From a virus, in IMG/VR virus record IMGVR_UViG_3300028173_000007, positions 1 to 64,000 of that record: a stretch of 64,000 nucleotides of DNA; one strand, written 5' to 3'. This document shows, in pieces, positions 54,386 through 63,580 of this stretch. The notes below the pieces were generated by a model that saw only the letters and a program-made list of their open reading frames with translations, was not told the origin of the DNA and did not search any database. Position 1 is the stretch's first letter, and each line of letters opens with the position of its first letter. The translations under genes and the position numbers were made by a program.

Positions 54386-55789
54386 ATGTTCGAGCTCCAG
54401 ACTGACCGGGAGGTGCGGGAGCGGCTCGTCGCTCGTGTCGTCGCGCGGTCGGTCCTCTCCGACCTGGCACCGGGCGATCCCATGCTACAGCTTCTCGGGG
54501 CGGCCGCCCTGGAGTTCGAGGGGGTGTATCTGGCCGCGGCCGAGATCCTCGCCCTGTTCAACCTCGACGACGCCACCGGGGAAGACCTCGACGAGCGCGG
54601 CGCCGAGGTCCTGCCCGACGGGCTCCCCAGGGGCGGGGCCTCTCGGGCCGTCGGCCAGCTTCGGTGGACCGCGCCGAACGCCGTCGCCGTCGAGGTGCCG
54701 ATCCCGGCGGGCACCGTCGGCGCCCGCGCGGGGTCGCCGCCGACGAACTACGTCACCACCGAGGCCGGGCGCATCCCGGTCGGGTCCACGCAAAGCGAGG
54801 CCCTCACCGGGGGGGACATCGCCGCGGCCGCGGCCGCGCCAGGTGGCGCCGCCAACGCGGCCATCGACTCGGTGCAGGTGTTCGTCGGGGCCGTGCCCAA
54901 CGCGACCATTCTCACGAACCCCGCGCCCTTCCAGGGGGGGCGCGACGCCGAATCCGACGCGGACTACCGCGACCGGATCCGCGCCCACCTGCGGACCCTC
55001 TCGCGGTGCATCCCCGAGGCCCTCGAACAACGCGCCCGCTCGGCCGAGGTCGCCGGGCGTCGCGTGACCGCGGCGCGCACCTGGGAGGATCCCGTGAACC
55101 GGGGGCACGTCGTGGTCTACATCGACGACGGTAGCGGCCAGCCGGCCGAGACCGCGGCGGCCGCGGCGGTGGTGTTCACCGACGCGGTGGCTGGGGCGGT
55201 GGGGGGCGAACAGGAGTTCTACGTCCCCCTCTGGCCCGTGTTCGGCAGCCTGACCGTGACGCACACGCCCAGCGGCGGGCCCGCCGCGGTGCTCACCGAG
55301 GGCACCGACTACGTTCTGATCGGCTCTCGCGGCCTCGTGTGGCTCACGTCCTCGGCCTTCCCGACCGGCCTCGCGACCGGGGCCAAGTTGGAGGTCTCGG
55401 CGTACACGCACTATGCGGGGCTGATCCGAGAGGCTCAGCGGCGAATCGAGGGGGACCCGGCAGATCGGGTGAACTACCCGACTTGGCGCGCGGGTGGCGT
55501 GGTGGTCGACGTGCTCCCCCCCGTGCTTCGCCAGGTGACCGTGACGGCGCACGTTGTGGCCGACGTGGACGCAGACCGAGAGGCCGTGGTCGCGAACGTC
55601 CGCCGGGCGCTGGCGGCCTATGTGAACGGCCTTGGCATCGGCCGCGCCGTCGTCCATTCCGAACTCGTGGAGCGGGCGATGGGCGTTGCGGGCATGTACG
55701 ATGTGACCATCGAGGCGCCGGCGGCGAATATCCCCGTAGCCTTCAACGCCGTGGCGCGCGTCACCACGGCCAACTTGACCGTTTTGTAG
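54386..55789 (+). CDS. Baseplate J-like wedge protein
   Basis: ATGEDLDER..IPAGT..GGRDAESDADYRDRI..VYIDDGSG..YVNGLGIG. Confidence 0.9.
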   Translation: MFELQTDREVRERLVARVVARSVLSDLAPGDPMLQLLGAAALEFEGVYLAAAEILALFNLDDATGEDLDERGAEVLPDGLPRGGASRAVGQLRWTAPNAVAVEVPIPAGTVGARAGSPPTNYVTTEAGRIPVGSTQSEALTGGDIAAAAAAPGGAANAAIDSVQVFVGAVPNATILTNPAPFQGGRDAESDADYRDRIRAHLRTLSRCIPEALEQRARSAEVAGRRVTAARTWEDPVNRGHVVVYIDDGSGQPAETAAAAAVVFTDAVAGAVGGEQEFYVPLWPVFGSLTVTHTPSGGPAAVLTEGTDYVLIGSRGLVWLTSSAFPTGLATGAKLEVSAYTHYAGLIREAQRRIEGDPADRVNYPTWRAGGVVVDVLPPVLRQVTVTAHVVADVDADREAVVANVRRALAAYVNGLGIGRAVVHSELVERAMGVAGMYDVTIEAPAANIPVAFNAVARVTTANLTVL

Positions 55790-55798
55790 GGGGCGCAG

Positions 55799-56251
55799 GT
55801 GGCGAAACCGATTGCGATCACGGGGGGCGAGCAGACCCACGCCTACGCCGATCTTCCGCTGGTGGTGGGGCTCAACGGCGCATCATCCACCGCGGACGCC
55901 GGGCGGACTATCGTGTCCTACTCGTGGACCTTCCTCGAAGTCCCCCAGGGCTCGGCGGCGGTGCTGGCCAGCGCCGCCACCGCCACGCCGAACTTCACCG
56001 CAGACAAGCCGGGAACCTACCTCGCCGTGCTGGAGGTCACCGACTCGGGGGCCGAGATCAGCGACACCGACGTTCGGACCATGCCAGCGACGGCCTACGC
56101 GGCCGTGACGGTGACCACGCAGTTTCTCGCGCTCAAGGTGCCGGCCTGGCAGCAGCGGCGCGTGTCGCGCGAGCTCCAAAGCAACTGGCACGCCCTCGAC
56201 GCGGAGATCGGCGCCGTGCGCGGCCGCCTTGACGCCCTGGAGACGCCCTGA
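55799..56251 (+). CDS. PKD/Ig-like domain protein
   Basis: LNGASS..IVSYSWT..P.GS..FTADKPGTY..LEVTD. Confidence 0.8.
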   Translation: MAKPIAITGGEQTHAYADLPLVVGLNGASSTADAGRTIVSYSWTFLEVPQGSAAVLASAATATPNFTADKPGTYLAVLEVTDSGAEISDTDVRTMPATAYAAVTVTTQFLALKVPAWQQRRVSRELQSNWHALDAEIGAVRGRLDALETP

Positions 56252-57378
56252 TGGCCCTTCGCTACTCGTTCTTTGCCGCCGACGGCACCGGCGCCGGCGT
56301 GACCGGCCTCACCCCCACGGTGGAGACCTGGCGGACAGCCGCGGGCGGCGCCCCATCGGACGCCCAGCCGAGCTTGACCGAGCTCGACGCCACGAACGCG
56401 GCCGGCTGGTACTACTTCGATCTCGACGTGCAGGCGGACACGCTGATCGGCATCGACTTCACGGCAGCGACGACTAACGTCAAGGGCCCGAGCGGCTATA
56501 GCGGTGGGCGTCGCGTGTCCGCCGAGCTCCAGACCACCGACGCGGCCTTCACCAGTGCGCGACTCGCCAACCTCGACGAGCTCGGCGGCTCGAACCTGCC
56601 AGCCGACGTGGATACGCTCGTCGCGCGGCTCACCGCGACTCGCGCGGGCAACCTCGACGAGATCACCGGGACCCGCCTCTCCGAGCTCGACCCGGCCAAC
56701 ATGCCGGCCGGGGTGTCCACGGCGTCGGCCCAGGCCACGACGGCGGCCACGCAGGCCACGACGGCGGCCACGCAGGCCACGACGGCGGCCACGCAGGCCA
56801 CGACGGCGGCCACGCAGGCCACGACGGCGGCCACGCAGGCCACCGCGGCCTCGGCCTCGGCCGCGACGGTTGAGACGCGGCTCTCCGCGGGTCGCGCGAG
56901 CAACCTCGACAAGATCGACGACGCGATCTCCAACGTGGCCGACAACGTGTGGGACGTGGCGGTCGGGGTGCCCGTCGTGGGCAGCTTCGGGGCGGCGGTC
57001 AACGACCAGCCCTCCCGCGTCTTCGCGTTCAGCCTGGGCGAATTCGATGCCGCGACGATGATCGCGGAGATCCTCGCGTGTTGCCGGGCCACCTCCGACA
57101 ACGTGTGGGCGAAGATGCCCGCCGCGGCGGCCGCGCCGAACGGATCCTTCGGGTGGTTGCTGGAGCTCGCCGCGCGCATCGCCGCGAAGGTCAACGTGGT
57201 TGTCGACCCCGGCACCTTCGACGGGGTGAAGATGGAAGACGGCGCGATCCGCGTCTACCGCACCTTGGCGCACGCGGACCTCGACAACCCCGCAAACGCC
57301 ATCGCGACGATCAGCCTGGCCGCGGTCTATGACGGCTCCGACAACCTCGACAAGCTCACCGGGACCGAACCGGGGTGA
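56251..57378 (+). CDS. Fibre-like structural protein with heptad repeat stalk
   Basis: GWYYFDL N-terminal beta domain; RxxNLD repeats; (QATTAAT)5. Confidence 0.75.
   Translation: MALRYSFFAADGTGAGVTGLTPTVETWRTAAGGAPSDAQPSLTELDATNAAGWYYFDLDVQADTLIGIDFTAATTNVKGPSGYSGGRRVSAELQTTDAAFTSARLANLDELGGSNLPADVDTLVARLTATRAGNLDEITGTRLSELDPANMPAGVSTASAQATTAATQATTAATQATTAATQATTAATQATTAATQATAASASAATVETRLSAGRASNLDKIDDAISNVADNVWDVAVGVPVVGSFGAAVNDQPSRVFAFSLGEFDAATMIAEILACCRATSDNVWAKMPAAAAAPNGSFGWLLELAARIAAKVNVVVDPGTFDGVKMEDGAIRVYRTLAHADLDNPANAIATISLAAVYDGSDNLDKLTGTEPG
56731..56843 (+). repeat. Perfect 21-nt tandem repeat (CAGGCCACGACGGCGGCCACG)x5 plus partial
   Basis: Direct reading; encodes an exact heptad. 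Confidence 0.95.
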
Positions 57379-57980
57379 GCTCACGGCACACCATCGCGGC
57401 GATCACGGGGGGCTTCGGCCTTCCCGGTGTCTACGCGCCGGGCGTCCTGACCGAGCTCGTCCCCGCTCCAACGCTGGCGGACCCGCCGCCCGAGCCGGGG
57501 GGGTGGGGTGACCGCTTCGGGGAGGACTTCGGCGGGGGGGTGCCTGCACCTGCGGCGCAGTCCCCGTCGACCACCATCCCTGACGATGGGGGCCTGTTCC
57601 TGACCGTGACCCTCTACGGGGCGCCGAACGGCCGCTACAGGGCCACCGTGGGCGGCGTGGGGGCCTACTCGGGCGTTCCGGGGCAGGGCTTCGACCTCTA
57701 CCAGTCCGGCGAGCCGGTCCCCGAGCAATTCGGGGAGGGCGCCATCCTCTCGGTGCGAACGCTGCGCTTCGTCGCGCCGGCCGGCCTGGCCACCGGGGCT
57801 CACGACATCGTGATCGCCGGGCCGGGGGGCTACGTCGAGACCTTCGCCGGCGCCGTGAGCGTCGTGCGCCGGCCCCGGCGCGTCCTCGATTACTCATTCA
57901 GGGCTAAGTTCCCGCCGGGCTCATACACGGCGCTACGGGGGCTCGTGGAGCTCCCCAGCGGGGAGGTCCTCGACCCGTGA
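57375..57980 (+). CDS. Hypothetical baseplate-associated Ig-like protein
   Basis: GTGA coupling on both sides; IPT-like GAHDIVIAGPGG. Confidence 0.65.
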   Translation: MSSRHTIAAITGGFGLPGVYAPGVLTELVPAPTLADPPPEPGGWGDRFGEDFGGGVPAPAAQSPSTTIPDDGGLFLTVTLYGAPNGRYRATVGGVGAYSGVPGQGFDLYQSGEPVPEQFGEGAILSVRTLRFVAPAGLATGAHDIVIAGPGGYVETFAGAVSVVRRPRRVLDYSFRAKFPPGSYTALRGLVELPSGEVLDP

Positions 57981-59287
57981 GCATCTACAGGAACGGCCGC
58001 GAGGTGACCGACGCCCTGGGCGACGAGTTCAACCGCCTCGCCGGCGCCATCGCGACACGCCTTGTCGCAGACCTCCCGCCGGCAGGTCACGAGACGCCGC
58101 CAGCGGGCGCGGTGGCCGCGCAGGTTGAGACCACCTGGGCGATGGATGCCGCGGGCGGCGAGGTCATGATCCGGGGCGAGCGCATCCCCTACACGAGCGC
58201 CGGCGTGGGCCTGCTCTCGGGGCTCACCCGCGACCCGTTCGTCACCGAGACGTACCGCCGCGGCGAGCTCGTGGTGTACCTGGGTCGCACGTCGGCGCTC
58301 GACGAAGCGCGGGCCATGCTTCTCGCGCGCACGGCCGAGGGCCCGTATCTGGCGGTCAAGGGGCGCAACCTGGGCGTGCCTCGCTACCTGAACGTGACCG
58401 AGCCCACCTATCGGTTGCTGATCCTCGCCCTGGCATACATGCCGGCGAAGGGATCGCGGGACAGCCTCGACACCCTGCTCGCGGCCCTGTTCGCTGATCA
58501 GGGCCTCGACGGCACCGGGGAAGCCTTCGCGGACGGGCGGGTAGTGGCCGCGGTGGGCACCTTCAAGGCGTCCATGCGCGGGCTCATGGTAGACGTGGGC
58601 GCCCCCGCGATCCGCACGCGGATCCTTCGGGTGAGCGGCGACGGCGCGACGATCTGGTGCGACCGGCAGGGCTCCCCGCATTGGCTCCCCGCGGCCTTCC
58701 CGCCGGCGAACCCCGCAGCCTTCCACGTCCACCCCTGGGCGGTCTCTGAGCCGGCAGACCGGCCCTGCACCGTGCGGGTCACCGTGCGGACGCGGCCCGC
58801 CGCGTCACCGCTCGGCTACGCCTACCTCGCGCCGGCCGAGATCGTGACGCCGGTCGCCGTTGGCCAGGTGGCCGTCACGCACACGATCCGCCAGGTGCTC
58901 GGGGTGTGGCTGGCCACCGACGCCCACCGGACGGGCACGAACTACGCCACGTCCAACACCTTCGCGGGGTCCGTCGTCACCCTCGACACCCCGCTCCCCG
59001 GCGCCCTCCCCGACGTGGTGGTGGACTACGGGTGGGCCTATCCCGAGGGCGGCGCCGGCGCCGGGGGTCTGCCCGGTGACGCCACCGGCCGCGGCACCGC
59101 CGAGATCCTGCCCGGCGTCCACGTTCGCAACCCTGACCCCATCATGGCGGGCGAGGTGCAGGTGGGCGAGCTCGTGCGATATCCGCTCTACCTGGGCGGG
59201 CGCCTGTCCGCGCTTCGAGCTATCCTCGACGCGCTCACCGTGGCCGGGGTGATCGCTGAATCCGATATCGGGGTGTGGGAGTCGTAG
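57977..59287 (+). CDS. Baseplate wedge protein (gpI-like)
   Basis: TAEGPYL..GRNLGVPR..YRLLIL..KGS..L; ends L.ALTVAGV. Confidence 0.65.
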   Translation: MSIYRNGREVTDALGDEFNRLAGAIATRLVADLPPAGHETPPAGAVAAQVETTWAMDAAGGEVMIRGERIPYTSAGVGLLSGLTRDPFVTETYRRGELVVYLGRTSALDEARAMLLARTAEGPYLAVKGRNLGVPRYLNVTEPTYRLLILALAYMPAKGSRDSLDTLLAALFADQGLDGTGEAFADGRVVAAVGTFKASMRGLMVDVGAPAIRTRILRVSGDGATIWCDRQGSPHWLPAAFPPANPAAFHVHPWAVSEPADRPCTVRVTVRTRPAASPLGYAYLAPAEIVTPVAVGQVAVTHTIRQVLGVWLATDAHRTGTNYATSNTFAGSVVTLDTPLPGALPDVVVDYGWAYPEGGAGAGGLPGDATGRGTAEILPGVHVRNPDPIMAGEVQVGELVRYPLYLGGRLSALRAILDALTVAGVIAESDIGVWES

Positions 59288-59288
59288 C

Positions 59289-61721
59289 ATGAGACGAGTC
59301 ATTTTCAAGCTCGACGGGCAACGGCTCGACCGCCCCGACGCGGAGGCGCTACACGCGCTCCCCGACGAGGCCCTCCGCGACATTCTCCGCGGGCTGGTGA
59401 GCGGCGCGGAGAAGTTCGTCCTGGGCGGCTTCGAGGTCACGTTGACCGGCCCGAGTGAGCCGAAGCAGATCAACGTCGCACTCGGGGCCGCGGTGAGCGG
59501 CTGGACGCGCGACGACGGCGTGACCGAGTACGGGCAGCTACTCGACGAGGGGCTACAGGCCGCGCTCTTGTACGACTTCGCCGGCCTGGCCGCCGGCACC
59601 TATTCGGTGTGGGTCCGTTTCGCCTACGTCGAGGGGCAGACCGCGAACCGCGCCTACCTGGCCGACGTGGCCGGCGTGGGCGTGGAGCGGGTGCAGCCCA
59701 CCGAGACGCGCCTCCTGGCCGATTGGGAGCTCACCGCGACCCGAGACGGCGTGGACCCTGATCCCGGCTTCGGGTGGCTGCGCGTGGCGCGCGTGGCCTA
59801 CTCGGGCGCCGATCTCGTGGATACTGACATCGTGCTCGGCCGCGAATCTCTGTTCGAGGGCGTGGGCACCGCGAGCGGCTGGGCCCTTCCCGATCACAGC
59901 CGAGACGACGACCGCCTGGCGAACGGCCTGACCACGCTCAAGACCTGGGCCTGGGCCATCATGCGCCGGGTGCAGGAGCTCGGCGGGGCCAAGTGGCACC
60001 GCGCGCCGCTCTACGCCGAGAACGTCCGCAGCGCCAGCACCGAGATCGGCATCGTGGACGGGACCGGCGATGCCGACAGCGCGCACCTCAAGTTGACCTC
60101 ACCAGTGGCCGCCCTGGCGCTCACGGTGCAGTTCGCGGGAGGCGTGGGGCAGGACCCCCGCGCCGGGGTGGTCTTTCATCCCCAGGCGGCGGCGCCTGGC
60201 CAGTGGGACATCGACGCATCGGCTGGGTCTGTCCTGCTCTCGGCCTCTACCATCCGGCGCTACATTCGCGGTGCCGGCGGCATCCTCTCGCGCACCGCCG
60301 GCGCGAACGCCCTACTCACGAACGCCGGCGCGGCCCTGCACACCTTCCGCGGCCTGACCTTCCGCGCAGCGGCGGGGGGTGACCCCCTTCTCCTGCTCAA
60401 CGGCGGCGACCTGACCTTCGTGGACTGCCGTTTCGAGGACACCGGCGGGGCCACGTCTGCTCTCGTGGAGCTCACCGGCGCGGCGCGCGTCCGCTTCATC
60501 AACTGCACCTGGGTCCCCGCCGCGGGGGCTGACGGCCTACTGGTGAACCATGCCGGCGCAGACGTGGTACTCGACGGCTGCACCTGGGCCGGCGGCCGCT
60601 ACGGCGCCCAGATCGCCACCACGCCCGCGCGGCTTCTGGTGCGCGCTCCGCACTTCACCGGCGGCATCGACACCGGGATCAAGGGCGCGGCCGGTGGTGA
60701 GGTGCTGGAGCTCACCGGGCCCACCTCGGACGGCTCGATTGTGACTGCCCTCGTGGACCTGGGCGGCACGGCGCCGGTCTTCTACTCGGGGGCCGGCGCC
60801 GCCGATGCGCTGGTGCCCAACACGGGGGACGTGCGGCCCTCGCTGGACGCCGGCGTGCTCCGAGCTCGCAAGGGGCGCCTGTACCTCGACCACCGGACGG
60901 GGGGCGCCGCGGGCGGCCGGTATATCTACGCCGCCGACGGATTCCTCAAGGGCACCGCGCGCGACCTGGGCGCCCTCGACGCCGACTTCCGCTATCTGCA
61001 CGCCGGCGGGCGGCGGGTCATGCTCCAGTCCGGCACGGCCGGCCGAGGCCGCGGCATGGTCTACGACCCGACCGAGATCGGCGGCCTGGGCCTGATTCAG
61101 ATCGCGGACGTGGACGACCCCGGCGGGGGCGAGGTCGTCACGCCCGACGTGGGCCTCAACGCTGACCGCATCCTCCTGGGCCGGACCATCGGCGCGAACG
61201 CGGCCGGGTGGCTGACCCGACACACGGCCTTGCGCGGGTGGGTCCGCATTCGCGTGGACGAAGGTTTCGCGGCGCCCTACTTCCAAGTCGAGTCCGCCCG
61301 CGGGGACGGGACGCCAATCGCGGTGACGCGCGAGCTCGACGACGTGAACGGAGACGCCCACTACTACACGATCCGGCATGACGCCTTCGGCGGCGGGATC
61401 GACACATGCTTCTCGGCGCAGGGCTACGCCGGGGCACTCGGTCAACGAAACTACGACCAGAACGCGGCCTTTTCCGAGACCCTCGGCCGGACCTTCCACG
61501 TTGATCTGCGGCAGTTGCAGATCGGCGGGGACGTGACACTCGTCCTCGTGCCCTACATGCGCGAACCGAACGGCGACATCGTGCATTTCAAGGGCGATGC
61601 GACCTGGGCGACCGCCATCGGGACCTATTGGGATCTGCCGAAGGCCTACGAGATCCACGTCCAGGCCCACGGGAAGGCCGGCGCGGAGTTTGTCGAGGGG
61701 GGTGGTGACCTCTGGCCTTAG
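59289..61721 (+). CDS. Tail fibre/tailspike with right-handed beta-helix segment (810 aa)
   Basis: N-terminal baseplate-attachment region (VLGGFEV..INVALG); FRGLTF, TFVDCRF, RFINCTW and VLDGCTW pectate-lyase-like repeats. Confidence 0.75.
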   Translation: MRRVIFKLDGQRLDRPDAEALHALPDEALRDILRGLVSGAEKFVLGGFEVTLTGPSEPKQINVALGAAVSGWTRDDGVTEYGQLLDEGLQAALLYDFAGLAAGTYSVWVRFAYVEGQTANRAYLADVAGVGVERVQPTETRLLADWELTATRDGVDPDPGFGWLRVARVAYSGADLVDTDIVLGRESLFEGVGTASGWALPDHSRDDDRLANGLTTLKTWAWAIMRRVQELGGAKWHRAPLYAENVRSASTEIGIVDGTGDADSAHLKLTSPVAALALTVQFAGGVGQDPRAGVVFHPQAAAPGQWDIDASAGSVLLSASTIRRYIRGAGGILSRTAGANALLTNAGAALHTFRGLTFRAAAGGDPLLLLNGGDLTFVDCRFEDTGGATSALVELTGAARVRFINCTWVPAAGADGLLVNHAGADVVLDGCTWAGGRYGAQIATTPARLLVRAPHFTGGIDTGIKGAAGGEVLELTGPTSDGSIVTALVDLGGTAPVFYSGAGAADALVPNTGDVRPSLDAGVLRARKGRLYLDHRTGGAAGGRYIYAADGFLKGTARDLGALDADFRYLHAGGRRVMLQSGTAGRGRGMVYDPTEIGGLGLIQIADVDDPGGGEVVTPDVGLNADRILLGRTIGANAAGWLTRHTALRGWVRIRVDEGFAAPYFQVESARGDGTPIAVTRELDDVNGDAHYYTIRHDAFGGGIDTCFSAQGYAGALGQRNYDQNAAFSETLGRTFHVDLRQLQIGGDVTLVLVPYMREPNGDIVHFKGDATWATAIGTYWDLPKAYEIHVQAHGKAGAEFVEGGGDLWP

Positions 61722-61927
61722 CCGAGGACGCCGGCCGCGGTGAGGCGCTCAACCGCCCTCGCCAGGCGGTAGCGGTCGAGCTCGGTACAGACGGCGGACG
61801 GTAGGACGACCGCGCTTCGGACGGGGCTTCTGGGGTCGTACCATTCCTCGACGCACGACAACTGCGGCACATCGCCGCACGTCCAGCCCTTCGCGGTGAG
61901 GTGCTCGGTGAGCTCAAGGCGCGTCAC
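61718..61927 (-). CDS. Small hypothetical protein (69 aa)
   Basis: GTG 61927 overlaps the stop of the upstream minus-strand gene; MTRLELTEHLTAKGW... Confidence 0.55.
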   Translation of the reverse strand: MTRLELTEHLTAKGWTCGDVPQLSCVEEWYDPRSPVRSAVVLPSAVCTELDRYRLARAVERLTAAGVLG

Positions 61928-62499
61928 TGGCCGAGCAGCGCGGATACCGTGGCGTAGGGCTCGCCAGGCACGAAGGGTTTGCGCACATAGGGCACGCCCA
62001 GGTCCTCGGCCACCCCAGGCGCGAAGGTGGCCGAACCCGACATCAACGCGAAGGGCACGCCCAGCGACGCCGCCAGCACCCCGAGGTCTCGCCCGTAATA
62101 TGGGTCCATGTGCAGATCGGAGAGCACCGCAAGGGGTGTGCGTCTGATCCACCAGCCCACCGCGACCGGCCGCAGGGGGATCACGGGGACCGTGAGGTGC
62201 ATCCCGAGCATTCGCGCCACCGATTTACGAATGTAGGCCTGATCGTCCACCACGAGGACGGCGCGGGTGTAGGGCCCGAACCGCGGCTTCGCAAACTGCG
62301 CCAACATGCCGAAGGTGCAGCCCTCGACGTGTTGGATCGCGCCCCGCGAGGCCCCGGTCTCGTCGCACATGGCGCAGCGCCAGGACACCCCGCCCGTTCG
62401 GTCTCGGTCGTACTCACCAGTCGCCCCGGAGTGAAACATGGTCGCGCTTCGGGGCGCGGGGCCATCCTCGAACGGCAATCCGACCGGCCGCTCAGACAT
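61924..62499 (-). CDS. Response-regulator receiver domain protein with N-terminal CxxC..H..C motif
   Basis: VLVVDD..VLSDLHMD..G..PFALMSG..YVRKPF are the REC motifs; WRCAMC..H..C; start taken as ATG 62499. Confidence 0.8.
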   Translation of the reverse strand: MSERPVGLPFEDGPAPRSATMFHSGATGEYDRDRTGGVSWRCAMCDETGASRGAIQHVEGCTFGMLAQFAKPRFGPYTRAVLVVDDQAYIRKSVARMLGMHLTVPVIPLRPVAVGWWIRRTPLAVLSDLHMDPYYGRDLGVLAASLGVPFALMSGSATFAPGVAEDLGVPYVRKPFVPGEPYATVSALLGQ

Positions 62500-62617
62500 C
62501 GGACCACCACCCCAGCCGAGCACCGGCGACGAAGACCCCCAGGGCCCCACCGCTGACCAGCGACAGCACCAGAAGCCCGTAAGCCCATGCCGCCGCGTCG
62601 TCTACCCCTGTCCCCAT
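62492..62617 (-). CDS. Small single-pass membrane protein (41 aa)
   Basis: GGGAGG RBS; AWAYGLLVLSLVSGGALGVFVAG. Confidence 0.6.
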   Translation of the reverse strand: MGTGVDDAAAWAYGLLVLSLVSGGALGVFVAGARLGWWSDV

Positions 62618-62642
62618 GCGAGCCCTCCCGTTGTGTCCAGTG

Positions 62643-62671
62643 AGCGTGGACGGCATACGAACGCCTGTCAA
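62643..62671 (-). promoter_or_regulatory. Possible sigma70 promoter TTGACA-N17-CACGCT for the minus-strand cassette
   Basis: Perfect -35 at 62671-62666; weak -10. Confidence 0.4.
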
Positions 62672-62694
62672 TGTTCTGCGCCCGCTCACGCTGG

Positions 62695-62703
62695 TGATAG
62701 GAT
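62695..62703 (+). promoter_or_regulatory. Extended -10-like element TGATAGGAT upstream of the lysis genes
   Basis: Identical to 4416-4424; followed by GAGGTGA RBS and ATG 62729. Confidence 0.55.
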
Positions 62704-62728
62704 CACCAGCCTAACCCGAGGTGAGTCA

Positions 62729-63580
62729 ATGAGCTTTGCGACTGCTCTCGCCGCTCTTGAGGCGGCCCACGCCGACGAGCTCCGACACGTCTCCCGTGAG
62801 GGCGCACACGAGCGGCTCGACCTCGAAGCGAGGATCGCGGAGCTCAGCGCGGAGCTCAGCGCGCGCCAGGTGGTGCCCTCCCCGCAGGCGGCGCCGCTCG
62901 GGGCGGGCACCGAGCTCGGCGGGCCCGGTCGCGTGGCTGTGTCGGCCGCGCTGGCGGACTGGCGCGCGGTCGTTCAGGAGCCGCCGGGAACGGGGGCCGA
63001 GCGCATTCACGAGATCATCGAGGCGTGCGGGTGGGGCTACTCGGTGGTCTCGGCCGACGAGCGGGCCGAGCGCCGGCGCGATGGCCAGCCGCACCCCGAC
63101 CGCTACACCCACAACGGGGATTTCTCGTGGTGTGGGTGTGCCGTGGGCTCGTGGTGGGCCCAGGCCGCTTTGCGGCCCGTCTGCCGTCCTGGCATCGACG
63201 AGCGAAGCGCGCGCAGCTACAAGCGGACCCCGCTCAAGGTCTTTTCGTCGTGCTACAGGCTCGTCCACCACTACGCGGCGGGTACGCCGCGGATCGTTGA
63301 CCCCGAGGGCGTGCAGGCCGGCGACATCGTGATCGTCGGCCCGAAGCCTGGCCACCGCAAGGCGAGGACGTGGGGCGCGCATGTGACGATGGCCACCGGG
63401 CCGCTACAGGCCGACGGGGAGGTCCCCACCGTCGAGGGGAACGCCAAGGGGCGAGGCCCGAACGGTGACACCTACGAGGGCGTGGTGTGTCGCTCTCGGC
63501 CGCTGGCGAGCAACCGCGCTTCCGTCTACCGTGTGCTCCATTGTATCCGGCCCATCGCGGCCGACTTCGCGGAGGTGTGA
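62729..63580 (+). CDS. Endolysin, CHAP-type Cys/His amidase/peptidase with N-terminal coiled coil
   Basis: SWCGCAV (Cys), AGDIVIV, AHVTM (His), TVEGN; true start ATG 62729 with RBS. Confidence 0.8.
   Translation: MSFATALAALEAAHADELRHVSREGAHERLDLEARIAELSAELSARQVVPSPQAAPLGAGTELGGPGRVAVSAALADWRAVVQEPPGTGAERIHEIIEACGWGYSVVSADERAERRRDGQPHPDRYTHNGDFSWCGCAVGSWWAQAALRPVCRPGIDERSARSYKRTPLKVFSSCYRLVHHYAAGTPRIVDPEGVQAGDIVIVGPKPGHRKARTWGAHVTMATGPLQADGEVPTVEGNAKGRGPNGDTYEGVVCRSRPLASNRASVYRVLHCIRPIAADFAEV

Noticed and set aside
44240-61721. Extracellular contractile injection system or tailocin with effector-loading tags
   Set aside because: Portal, prohead protease, scaffold and capsid genes are present, and the tags share the head-protease motif, so a phage head is the simpler destination.
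61718-61927. HicA-like toxin
   Set aside because: The N-terminus (L..HL...GW) is reminiscent, but the catalytic G-S/N-H motif and a hicB partner are missing.
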